The notes beneath the pieces are model-generated. The model saw nothing but the letters and a program-made list of their open reading frames with translations. It searched no databases and was not told where the DNA came from. Positions 1 to 7,083 of a DNA stretch of 15,492 nt are shown one piece after another. The translations under genes and the position numbers were made by a program. This stretch comes from Raineyaceae bacterium (GTDB taxonomy: Bacteria > Bacteroidota > Bacteroidia > Cytophagales > Thermonemataceae): positions 1-15,492 of the forward strand of contig JAYVGJ010000233.1 in the NCBI GenBank assembly GCA_043772375.1. The letters are read 5' to 3'. Every line of letters begins with the position of its first letter. The first letter of the stretch is position 1.

Positions 1-13
1 GGGGAGCTTTGTT

Positions 14-34
14 CCCCTCCTTTTCAAGGAGGGG
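14..34. other. GC-rich hairpin (cccctcct-tttca-aggagggg) at window edge; possible terminator of an upstream gene or copy of a GC-rich palindromic element
   Basis: 8-bp perfect stem seen directly; GC-rich island in AT-rich DNA; window edge prevents further context. Confidence 0.3.
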
Positions 35-266
35 TTAGGGGTGGTTTTGAAGTATTTATAACATAACTTATTCATTATCAGGATATAAAAACTCTAATAT
101 ATATCATTCCAAGAGGGTAAACTCTTTTGGAATGATTGCGTTTTTAAGATAGTAAGTATTTGATTATCATTTTTTTAATTAAATATTTTGTCAAATAAGT
201 AGGTTTTAGTAATTAGTTGATGTGTTGATAGTATTTAAAATGATATGTAAAACCTCACCATTAGCG

Positions 267-308
267 TTTTGTATTCATTCACAACTCACAATTCACAATT
301 CATAATTA
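267..308 (+). repeat. Gene-start-proximal motif, copy 1: TTTTGTATTCATTCA + heptads CAACTCA/CAATTCA/CAATTCA/TAATT, about 30 bp upstream of rng start
   Basis: Direct sequence comparison with copies at 3063-3100(-), 4409-4447(+), 5209-5235(-), 5469-5508(-), 14412-14452(-). Confidence 0.6.
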
Positions 309-339
309 CCTACATACAATCAACTAAAAAAATACGAAC

Positions 340-1899
340 TTGAATAGTGAATTAGTTATTAATTCTACGCCAGAAGGGGTGCGTATTGCCCTTTTGAAAG
401 ACAAAAAAATTGTAGAATACCATATTGAGGAAACTGGAAGTAATTTTGGAGTAGGAGATATTTATTTAGGAACTATTCGTAAGATAATGCCTGGGCTAAA
501 TGCCGCTTTTATTGATATAGGGTACGAAAAAGATGCTTTTTTACACTATCTTGATTTGGGCGCAAATGTGCCTTCATTGCTAAAATATACCAAAGACACT
601 ATTGCCAAAAGGCAGCAAACACACAAATTAGATACTTTTACGCTTGAGCCACCTATTGAAAAAATAGGCAAAGTAACGCAAGTGCTTAACCGTAATACAC
701 CAATTCTTGTTCAGATAACCAAAGAACCCATTTCTACAAAAGGACCTCGTTTATCTTGCGAAATCTCTATTGCAGGGCGTTATATGGTGCTTGTGCCATT
801 TGCTAGTTCTGTCAATATTTCTAAGAAAATAGCTTCAAAGGAAGAAAGAAATAGGCTTTTAAGGCTGATTAGTTCTATCAAACCTAAAAATTTTGGCGTG
901 ATTGTGCGCACTGCCGCAGAAGGCGTTGAGGTAGCAGAACTTGATACAGATTTGCGTGATTTGGTAGAAAAATGGGAAACTGGTTATAATAAATTGCGTG
1001 ATGCAATGCCTCGTGACAAGATTTTGGGCGAAATAGGGCGTGTAAGTTCTATTTTGCGTGATATGTTGAATGATAATTTTGATAGCATTTTGGTAGATGA
1101 TAAAGCTATTTTTGAAGAAATAAAAGCTTTTGTAAAAATTATCTCACCAAAACACGAAAAAATAGTCAAATTTCATAATTCAAAAGTGCCTATTTTTGAA
1201 CTTCTGAACATAGAAAAACAACTTAAAAGTTTGTTTGGAAAAACAGTTAGTTTGCAAAAAGGCGGTTATTTGGTCATAGAACACACAGAAGCATTACACG
1301 TAATTGACGTGAATAGTGGCAACAAATCAACAGCGCAAGAAAGTCAGGAAGAAACAGCACTTGCCGTAAACCTTGAAGCAGCAGCAGAAGTCGCTAGACA
1401 GCTTCGTATGCGTGATATGGGCGGTATTGTGGTAGTGGATTTTATTGATATGAAACGTGCTGAATACAAATTACAAGTATTTGAAAAAATGCGCCAAGCA
1501 ATGGCAGAAGACCGTGCCAAACATACTATTTTGCCTATTACAAAGTTTGGACTGATGCAAATCACACGCCAAAGAGTGCGCCCAGAAATGAACATCAAAA
1601 CCCTAGAAGATTGCCCTACTTGTGCAGGAACAGGCAAAATTGGTTCTAGCATCTTGATTTCTGATAACATTGATTTAATGCTGGCACACGTTTTGGAAAA
1701 GCAAAATGAAGCGGGAATTACGCTCACTTTGCACCCATTTTTAGTAGCTTATTACACAAAAGGCTTTCCTTCTAGGCGTGCAAAATGGTTTTTCAAATAC
1801 AAAAAATGGATAAAAATTATTGCAGATAACTCCTTGTCTATCAATGATTTCAAATTCAAAAATAAAGAAGGCATTGAAATAGAACTAGAAAAATTCTAA
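340..1899 (+). CDS. rng: Ribonuclease G (RNase E/G family; S1 domain + catalytic domain), TTG start
   Basis: 519 aa. N-terminus MNSELVINSTPEGVRIALLKD...GDIYLGTIRKIMPGLNAAFIDIGYEKDAFLH aligns closely by eye with E. coli RNase G N-terminus (MTAELLVNVTPSETRVA...GNIYKGRVSRVLPGMQAAFVDIGLDKAAFLH). Also QTEALHVIDVNSG and CPTC Zn-link-like motifs. Confidence 0.9.
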   Translation: MNSELVINSTPEGVRIALLKDKKIVEYHIEETGSNFGVGDIYLGTIRKIMPGLNAAFIDIGYEKDAFLHYLDLGANVPSLLKYTKDTIAKRQQTHKLDTFTLEPPIEKIGKVTQVLNRNTPILVQITKEPISTKGPRLSCEISIAGRYMVLVPFASSVNISKKIASKEERNRLLRLISSIKPKNFGVIVRTAAEGVEVAELDTDLRDLVEKWETGYNKLRDAMPRDKILGEIGRVSSILRDMLNDNFDSILVDDKAIFEEIKAFVKIISPKHEKIVKFHNSKVPIFELLNIEKQLKSLFGKTVSLQKGGYLVIEHTEALHVIDVNSGNKSTAQESQEETALAVNLEAAAEVARQLRMRDMGGIVVVDFIDMKRAEYKLQVFEKMRQAMAEDRAKHTILPITKFGLMQITRQRVRPEMNIKTLEDCPTCAGTGKIGSSILISDNIDLMLAHVLEKQNEAGITLTLHPFLVAYYTKGFPSRRAKWFFKYKKWIKIIADNSLSINDFKFKNKEGIEIELEKF

Positions 1900-1913
1900 A
1901 AAATTCTGCGTTG

Positions 1914-1945
1914 TTGTTTGTGAAGACACAAACAAAGGCTTTTTG
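1914..1945 (+). terminator. Rho-independent terminator after rng (stem ttgtttgtg/cacaaacaa, then T-run)
   Basis: 9-bp stem, 4-nt loop, followed by aggcttttt. Confidence 0.55.
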
Positions 1946-1993
1946 AAAAATATCCCTGAAAAAAATTACAAGTATTCCTCAAAATACGCAAAA

Positions 1994-2027
1994 AGTGTTA
2001 TTCTGATTGTCAGAATAACACTTTTTT
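1994..2027. terminator. Bidirectional terminator between convergent rng and hutG (stem agtgttattctga/tcagaataacact, A-run before and T-run after)
   Basis: 13-bp perfect stem, 3-nt loop, flanked by aaaaa and tttttt. Confidence 0.65.
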
Positions 2028-2047
2028 AATTTACGTGATGATTATTT

Positions 2048-3052
2048 TTATGAAACTACTTTGAAAATCAAATTTGCGGCAAGTTTTGCGGTTTGCTCAT
2101 CTCTATCAAATTGCGGATTAAGTTCTGCAATATCAAAAGCAATGATTTTGCGGGTATTTGCAAGGTAATCTAAAAGCGCAAAAACCACCTCTGGATAGAC
2201 ACCTTCCCCGTTTGTGGCACTCACAGCTGGCGCAAAAGCAGCCGCAAAAACGTCCATACAAACCGTAATATAAAGAGCATCTTTGTCAGCTACAAAATAT
2301 TCTAATTTTTCTAATAATTCTGCTAAATAGTGCATATTTACCCTATTTGAGAGGATATATTCTGCACCAATTTCTTTTGCATTATTGAAAACTTTGGTTG
2401 TGTTGCTTTGTTTTTGAATACCAATAGCCAAATAATGAAATGGCATAGCATTTTTGTCGCAAAGTTCAGAAATCTGCAAAAAAGGCGTACCAGAATTGCC
2501 TTTCCCTGTTCTGCTAACGTTTCCATTAGTTGTATTATCTTTGTAGCTGCGAGTGTCCAAATGTGCATCAAAATTGATAATACCCACATTTAGCTGATGT
2601 TTTCTTGCGAAATGATGAATGCCTAAATAATGCCCATAGGCTACCTCGTGTCCGCCACCCAAAACAATACTTTTGTAGCCTTTGGAAAGAATATAATCAA
2701 TTTTTTCGCCTAAATCCACCTGTGCATCTTCCAAAAAATCACCCAAACACACCACATCACCAATATCAATAATTTTACTTTTATCAGAAAGATGATAAGG
2801 AAGATTAGCAAGTGCTTTTCTGATATGTTTTGGAGCTTCACTTGCGCCAATACGCCCCAAATTACGTTTTACGCCCTCATCACAACAAAAGCCTGTAATG
2901 ACGTAGCTAACAGCATCATTTGCAGATACAGGCGTAAAATCTGGGCTATTGATAGGGAGTATTTGTATGGCTTGATGCCAACGGAAACCCTCACGCCCGT
3001 CTAGCGTGTCTGTGCGTCCTTGCCAAAGTTTTTTGTTGGGTATTCTATACAT
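2048..3052 (-). CDS. hutG: Arginase-family metallohydrolase, most likely formimidoylglutamase (HutG)
   Basis: 334 aa. N-terminal WQGRTD...FRWHQ signature typical of formiminoglutamases; arginase-fold metal-binding motifs GGGHEVAYG, DAHLD and CMDVF...P; isolated from other hut genes in this window. Confidence 0.6.
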   Translation of the reverse strand: MYRIPNKKLWQGRTDTLDGREGFRWHQAIQILPINSPDFTPVSANDAVSYVITGFCCDEGVKRNLGRIGASEAPKHIRKALANLPYHLSDKSKIIDIGDVVCLGDFLEDAQVDLGEKIDYILSKGYKSIVLGGGHEVAYGHYLGIHHFARKHQLNVGIINFDAHLDTRSYKDNTTNGNVSRTGKGNSGTPFLQISELCDKNAMPFHYLAIGIQKQSNTTKVFNNAKEIGAEYILSNRVNMHYLAELLEKLEYFVADKDALYITVCMDVFAAAFAPAVSATNGEGVYPEVVFALLDYLANTRKIIAFDIAELNPQFDRDEQTAKLAANLIFKVVS

Positions 3053-3062
3053 TACATTTTTT

Positions 3063-3100
3063 AATTATGAATTGTAAGTTGTAAATTATGAATGAATACA
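3063..3100 (-). repeat. Gene-start-proximal motif, copy 2 (minus orientation; reads TGTATTCATTCATAATTTACAACTTACAATTCATAATT), about 10 bp upstream of hutG ATG
   Basis: Reverse complement matches the motif family; immediately precedes the hutG start codon at 3052. Confidence 0.6.
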
Positions 3101-3171
3101 GTTTTAGAGTGTTTTTGACCACCTAGGAATAAGTTGTTAATAATATCTTGGTTTCAAAGTTTACATAGTTA

Positions 3172-3290
3172 TTTTTTAACCGCAAAGACGCAAAGAAAAG
3201 GCGCAAAGTACGCAAAGAAATACAAAAAAATTAGTACCAACCTTGCGTTCTTTGCGTGTATTTAAACTTTGCGCCTTTGCGGTAAAATTA
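3172..3290. repeat. Imperfect inverted array of heptamer CGCAAAG (4 direct copies at 3181/3189/3202/3211; 3-4 reverse-complement CTTTGCG copies at 3242-3281)
   Basis: Copies counted directly; the two arms are near reverse complements (accgcaaag(a/g)cgcaaag...); located between the birA 3' end and the hutG 5' end. Confidence 0.6.
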
Positions 3291-3380
3291 GGACTTTATT
3301 TACAATGTCTTACTTAGTTTGTGAAAATACAACCCAAAATCACGACAAATAGGGCGGTTTGAAATTGTCTGTAAAGCAAA

Positions 3381-4229
3381 TTAATAGCAAAATTTGACTT
3401 CTTTAAAGTGATAATAGTGCAATTTATTATTTTTTTTGATACAAAGTTTACCTATTTCATCAACACCAATAATTTCACCTTCAAAAGTGCCTTCAACATC
3501 TTCAAACATAGCTTTTTCTTGATAACGGTACATATTTTGCAAATATTCAAATTTTATTAAGGCTTTTTTATTTTCTTTCAACTGAAAATAGCGTTTTTCT
3601 AAGCAAGAAAGTAGTTCCTCTACGCATACACACACATTATACGTATTTGCGGTAGCATCTACACTAGCATTTGCACTAGCACTAGCACTAGCGTTTGTGG
3701 CAAGTAGGAGAGAGGTGGCGGTGGGAATATTGAAATGTAATTGGTTGATATTAAGACCTATACCAATAATAGAATAAATTATATTTTTTCCTGAAAGAAT
3801 ATTTTGTATCAAAATTCCGCTTACTTTTTTATCATCAATAAAAATATCATTTGACCATTTTATTTTGACAGAATTATTATCTAAATCATCTAAAATATTA
3901 TCTTTTATTTTAGAAGAAACAAAATCAAAAATCCCCAGAGCTACGACCATATTTAGCCAAAATTGCTCATTTGCATCAAGGAAATGCGGTTTTAGAATAA
4001 GAGAAAGTGTAATGTTTTCGTTTGGATTAGCGTCCCAAGTGTTGCCTGCTTGTCCTTTTCCTGCGGTTTGGTTGTCTGTAATAATGAGTGTACCATCAAA
4101 CAAAGTTCTTTCTAAAACCTTTTCTGAACTTTTATCTGATAGCATTTGCAGGGCATATTCATTGGTTGAAAGACATTCTGGTAAATAAATGAGTGATTTA
4201 CCAAAAAATAAAGTAGAAAAATTGTACAA
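3381..4229 (-). CDS. birA: Biotin--[acetyl-CoA-carboxylase] ligase (BirA/BPL family, no N-terminal HTH apparent) with internal Ala/Ser low-complexity insertion
   Basis: 282 aa. LIYLPECLSTNEYA...TDNQTAGKGQAGNTWDANPNENITLSLIL matches BPL motifs (..STN.Y.., GRGRxGRxW); insertion ATNASASASANASVDATAN encoded by gctagt-type repeats at about 3655-3700. Confidence 0.85.
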   Translation of the reverse strand: MYNFSTLFFGKSLIYLPECLSTNEYALQMLSDKSSEKVLERTLFDGTLIITDNQTAGKGQAGNTWDANPNENITLSLILKPHFLDANEQFWLNMVVALGIFDFVSSKIKDNILDDLDNNSVKIKWSNDIFIDDKKVSGILIQNILSGKNIIYSIIGIGLNINQLHFNIPTATSLLLATNASASASANASVDATANTYNVCVCVEELLSCLEKRYFQLKENKKALIKFEYLQNMYRYQEKAMFEDVEGTFEGEIIGVDEIGKLCIKKNNKLHYYHFKEVKFCY

Positions 4230-4408
4230 TTTTTTGTATTTTTGTGTTTTGATACTGAAAAATAGTTGTGAATTAAATATAAAAAGTTGTTAATCAACCA
4301 ATTATATAAATACTGTTCGTAATTATTTTTAAACGTAACAAAAAAACCATCAAAAAAAAAGAAAAAAGTGAATTTTGATAAATTAGATTGTTGTAATTAT
4401 TACTACGC

Positions 4409-4447
4409 TGTATTTAATTCACAATTCACAATTTACAATTCACAATC
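4409..4447 (+). repeat. Gene-start-proximal motif, copy 3: TGTATTTAATTCACAATTCACAATTTACAATTCACAATC, about 10 bp upstream of rsfS ATG
   Basis: Four tandem TTCACAA/TTTACAA heptads seen directly. Confidence 0.6.
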
Positions 4448-4461
4448 ATTAATAAAGTCAA

Positions 4462-4854
4462 ATGAAAAAAAGTAGAAAAGAAAAAGAGCCTACAAGCCTT
4501 TCAGCAGAACTTTTGAGCCAAGCAGTGGCAAAAGGAATGCAAGATAAAAAAGCGCAAAACATTGTTATTATGGATATGCGTCACGTAAAACAAGCTATGG
4601 CGGATTTTTTTGTGATATGTACGGGTGGTTCTGATACACAATTAGATGCCATTGCGGACTCAATAGAGAAAGAAGTAGTAGAAATTGGCAACGAAAAGCC
4701 TTGGCACAGAGAAGGAATGCAAAACCGTGAATGGATTTTGCTGGATTATGTCAATGTGATTGCACACGTTTTTAAGAAAACAAAAAGAGATTTTTTTGCC
4801 CTAGAAGAACTTTGGGCAGATGCGAAAATCACGCAAGTTGCCTCTGATAATTAA
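4462..4854 (+). CDS. rsfS: Ribosomal silencing factor RsfS (Iojap family)
   Basis: 130 aa. NIVIMDMRHV...DFFVICTGGSDTQLDAIADSIEKEV...REWILLDYVNVIAHVF...FFALEELWADA matches the RsfS/Iojap pattern (DYFVIATG.S.RHV.AIAD, EW.LLDYGDVVVH.F, LE.LW). Confidence 0.9.
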   Translation: MKKSRKEKEPTSLSAELLSQAVAKGMQDKKAQNIVIMDMRHVKQAMADFFVICTGGSDTQLDAIADSIEKEVVEIGNEKPWHREGMQNREWILLDYVNVIAHVFKKTKRDFFALEELWADAKITQVASDN

Positions 4855-4860
4855 ATGATA

Positions 4861-4893
4861 ACTTTCCAAAAGTTACCAACTTTTGGAAAGTTT
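4861..4893 (+). terminator. Rho-independent terminator after rsfS (ctttccaaaagtt / aacttttggaaag + ttt)
   Basis: 13-bp perfect stem seen directly. Confidence 0.6.
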
Positions 4894-4914
4894 AGCAAAT
4901 GTTTTTCTTCATTT

Positions 4915-4946
4915 TTTTGTAATTGACAAAAAAATGTGTATTTTTG
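4915..4946 (+). promoter_or_regulatory. Bacteroidota-type sigma-A promoter (TTTG-N20-TATTTTTG) for the small lipoprotein gene
   Basis: TTTG at 4915-4918 and a TAnnTTTG match TATTTTTG at 4939-4946; about 75 nt upstream of the ATG at 5021. Confidence 0.45.
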
Positions 4947-5020
4947 GTAAAGTTTAGTTGAGATTAGGAAATAATAATCAGTTAAGAATAATTTTAAAAG
5001 TGTTTAAAAAAGTGTTTGAT

Positions 5021-5197
5021 ATGAGAAAATTTATTGCTTTCGTTCTTTTGTTTAGTTCAATAATGATGCTTAGTTCTTGCGTTACGTATGTGGGCAGACG
5101 TGGTCGTGGATATGATTCACAGACTTGGACACCAAAAAAATATGGAGAAGTGCCTTTGCGTAGCTTTACGGGTTATCCTCGTGGAAGCAGAAGATAG
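5021..5197 (+). CDS. Small basic lipoprotein (58 aa; signal peptide MRKFIAFVLLFSSIMMLSSC, lipobox LSSC, mature part Arg/Gly/Tyr-rich)
   Basis: The internal ATG at 5021 gives a canonical n/h/c signal with a lipobox Cys; the ORF-track start at 4958 lies upstream of the promoter match. Confidence 0.55.
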   Translation: MRKFIAFVLLFSSIMMLSSCVTYVGRRGRGYDSQTWTPKKYGEVPLRSFTGYPRGSRR

Positions 5198-5208
5198 TTA
5201 TTTTAACA

Positions 5209-5235
5209 GTTGTGAGTTTTGAGTTGTGAGTTAAT
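5209..5235 (-). repeat. Gene-start-proximal motif, copy 4 (minus orientation: ATTAACTCACAACTCAAAACTCACAAC), no adjacent minus-strand start codon
   Basis: Sequence comparison; followed by ataatataatat and a tgataatcaattta box that is shared with copy 5. Confidence 0.5.
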
Positions 5236-5322
5236 ATAATATAATATATTGATAATCAATTTAGTACACATCAAGACGTAAATTTAATCATAGCAATTTT
5301 ATAATAATTATTATTTATAATA

Positions 5323-5463
5323 ATGTCAAAAATTATCAAAATCTTTATTTTTAGTATTTGTGCAATATTTTTACTAGAATCTTGTACGCCTTCTTTTAAG
5401 AAAAGGCGCAAGGGCGCACCGCCAAAATCTGGAAAAATTCCTTGCCCAGTCAAAGACTGCTAA
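5323..5463 (+). CDS. Second small basic lipoprotein (46 aa; MSKIIKIFIFSICAIFLLESC + TPSFKKRRKGAPPKSGKIPCPVKDC), tandem paralog-like partner of 5021-5197
   Basis: Found by manual translation (below the 60 aa ORF filter). Classical signal peptide plus Cys; the 60 aa minus-strand ORF 5271-5453 called on the opposite strand has an implausible composition. Confidence 0.45.
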   Translation: MSKIIKIFIFSICAIFLLESCTPSFKKRRKGAPPKSGKIPCPVKDC

Positions 5464-5468
5464 AATAG

Positions 5469-5508
5469 TTGTGAGTTGTAAGTTATGAATTGTGAGTTAA
5501 TACAAAAT
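5469..5508 (-). repeat. Gene-start-proximal motif, copy 5 (minus orientation: TTTTGTATTAACTCACAATTCATAACTTACAACTCACAAC)
   Basis: Sequence comparison; followed by the same tgataatcaattta box as copy 4, indicating a duplicated roughly 250 bp module (lipoprotein gene + motif). Confidence 0.55.
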
Positions 5509-5674
5509 ACTGATAATCAATTTATTATGAACTTCCACATAAAGACATAAAAATCAAGTAAAAGAAGTAATACCTCTGCAATTGCATCTGCAAATGTACG
5601 TGTATTGCTTCTTTTTTGTGTGTTCATTTTGTTTAAGCTACAAAAAATACCAAAAACCATTGTTTGTATTTTCA

Positions 5675-5710
5675 CAAATAACTATTATACAAATAACTAT
5701 TATACAAATA
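5675..5710 (+). repeat. 15-bp tandem direct repeat caaataactattata x2.4, 12 bp upstream of cmk ATG
   Basis: Counted directly (5675-5689, 5690-5704, partial 5705-5710). Confidence 0.7.
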
Positions 5711-5721
5711 CTCTAAAATCT

Positions 5722-6429
5722 ATGAAAAAACTTATTATTGCCTTAGATGGCTATTCTGCTTGTGGCAAAAGTTCTACGGCAAAGCTCGTAGCAGCACAAT
5801 TAGGCTATTCTTATATAGATACTGGGGCTATGTACCGTGCCGTTACACTTTATTTTTTGGATAATTACGTGGAACTAACCAATCCAAAAGCCATTAAAAC
5901 TGCCTTAGATAAGATAAATATCACTTTTGAACACAACCCTCTCACACAACTTAGTGATACTTTTCTTAATAATCTTAATGTAGAAGATGAAATCAGGAAA
6001 ATGTATATCTCCCAGAATGTCAGCCAAGTAAGTGCTATTACGGAGGTGCGCAAGGCAATGGTGGCACAACAACAAAAAATGGGTAGGAAACGGGGTATTG
6101 TGATGGACGGCAGAGATATTGCGACAACTGTCTTTCCTGATGCAGAAGTAAAAGTTTTTATGACAGCGGACACCGTTATACGTGCCTCACGCCGCCAAAA
6201 AGAACTTTTTGCAAAAGATGAGATTGTTGATTTGGATATTATTCTAGAAAATATCAAAAAAAGAGACAATATAGATTCTACACGTGAGGAAAGCCCCCTT
6301 AGAATGGATAAAGAGGCTTTTTTGTTGGACACGACCTTTATGACTGTTGATGAGCAAGTGGATATAGTTTTGCAATTAGCCACCAGCAAAATGATAGCCA
6401 TTAACAAAGAATTAGGAATTGCAAATTAG
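5722..6429 (+). CDS. cmk: Cytidylate kinase
   Basis: 235 aa from the internal ATG. MKKLIIALDGYSACGKSSTAKLVAAQLGYSYIDTGAMYRAVT is the CMP kinase P-loop/N-terminus; the ORF-track start at 5605 is an upstream extension through the tandem repeat. Confidence 0.9.
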   Translation: MKKLIIALDGYSACGKSSTAKLVAAQLGYSYIDTGAMYRAVTLYFLDNYVELTNPKAIKTALDKINITFEHNPLTQLSDTFLNNLNVEDEIRKMYISQNVSQVSAITEVRKAMVAQQQKMGRKRGIVMDGRDIATTVFPDAEVKVFMTADTVIRASRRQKELFAKDEIVDLDIILENIKKRDNIDSTREESPLRMDKEAFLLDTTFMTVDEQVDIVLQLATSKMIAINKELGIAN

Positions 6430-6468
6430 GAATTATAAATTTATTTTTTTAGGAAAAATTTAGAAAAA

Positions 6469-6500
6469 ATTTGAAAAGAAAAAAATAAAAGCTATCTTTG
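6469..6500 (+). promoter_or_regulatory. Bacteroidota-type sigma-A promoter TTTG-N19-TATCTTTG upstream of the 52 aa basic protein gene
   Basis: Exact TAnnTTTG match at 6493-6500 with TTTG 19 nt upstream. Confidence 0.5.
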
Positions 6501-6624
6501 CACCTCAATTTTATAAGTATGCTTCTTAAGTTTTAGAGTATATTTTTTGAATATAATTTTGAAACAAAGTTTTAAGATAAAGTTTTTTATATTGTTTTAC
6601 ATATAAACCCCCAAATATACGAAT

Positions 6625-6783
6625 ATGGCAGTAACAAGATTACAGCGCAAAGACCGCAAGAATGTGGCTCGTGCAAAAGCAAAAGTAGCAAATATCTCTC
6701 GTTTGATGACAAAACCAGCTATTAAAGAAGTTGATATAGAAGCAATCAAAGCAGAATTTGCAGCTAAAAAAGCAGCTAAATAA
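6625..6783 (+). CDS. Small (52 aa) highly basic Lys/Ala-rich protein MAVTRLQRKDRKNVARAKAKVANISRLMTKPAIKEVDIEAIKAEFAAKKAAK; ribosomal-protein-like or nucleoid-protein-like composition, family not recognised
   Basis: ATG at 6625, stop TAA at 6781-6783; not in the ORF track (<60 aa); flanked by a consensus promoter and a strong terminator. Confidence 0.55.
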   Translation: MAVTRLQRKDRKNVARAKAKVANISRLMTKPAIKEVDIEAIKAEFAAKKAAK

Positions 6784-6851
6784 TTGTGATTACTTAGTTA
6801 AATCTTATGAATGACAAGTTTTTGTTTCAAATAAACAAATCTCCTCAATAA

Positions 6852-6890
6852 AAATCCCTTTTAATTCAATTTAAAAGGGATTTTTATTTT
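6852..6890 (+). terminator. Strong rho-independent terminator (13-bp stem aaatcccttttaa/ttaaaagggattt + ttttatttt)
   Basis: Perfect 13-bp stem with a 6-nt loop and T-run. Confidence 0.75.
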
Positions 6891-6907
6891 ATAAATTACA
6901 AAACCTA

Positions 6908-7024
6908 GTCGTAGTGTCCCACTACGACTGCAAAAGGTGTATTGAGCGTCCCGCTCCTATATTTACTACACAAATAAGCGGGACGCTTGAATACATTGAA
7001 CAAGTCGTAGTGGGACACTACGAC
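6908..7024. repeat. REP/BIME-like cluster of four GC-rich self-complementary units arranged symmetrically about position 6966: gtcgtagtg-tcc-cactacgac (6908-6928), agcg-tcc-cgct (6945-6955), agcg-gga-cgct (6977-6987), gtcgtagtg-gga-cactacgac (7004-7024)
   Basis: All stems verified base by base; partner units differ only by the inverted loop (tcc vs gga); spacers are not complementary; lies between convergent genes. Confidence 0.7.
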
Positions 7025-7083
7025 CAGAAAACTTTTCCGAAATTTAAGCCGTTCTTAGTATAGTTGCGAGTCCGTAATGGGAT

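Noticed and set aside
984-1727. Antisense ORFs 984-1169(-) and 1344-1727(-) inside rng
   Set aside because: They lie wholly within the well-supported RNase G frame on the opposite strand. Composition is low-complexity Ser/Ile-rich, which is typical of antisense artefacts.
2338-3004. ORFs 2338-2589(-), 2408-2593(+), 2792-3004(+) overlapping hutG
   Set aside because: They are nested in or opposite the arginase-family gene and have no independent signals.
3865-4297. ORFs 3865-4188(+) and 4112-4297(-) overlapping birA
   Set aside because: The first is antisense to birA, and the second is an alternative frame across the birA start region. Neither has coding-like composition.
4919-4924. TTGACA hexamer as an E. 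coli-type -35 box
   Set aside because: The downstream element fits the Bacteroidota TAnnTTTG -7 box rather than TATAAT. I interpret it as a sigma-A(Bacteroidota) promoter instead.
5271-5453. 60 aa minus-strand ORF in the ORF track
   Set aside because: The sequence (…KIKILIIFDIIINNNYYK…) looks like the reverse complement of a signal-peptide-coding region. The plus-strand 46 aa lipoprotein frame explains the locus better. The heptad motif does lie 12 bp upstream of its start, so it is not fully excluded.
5865-6407. 180 aa antisense ORF within cmk
   Set aside because: It is opposite a confidently identified cytidylate kinase and has Ser/Ile-rich artefact composition.
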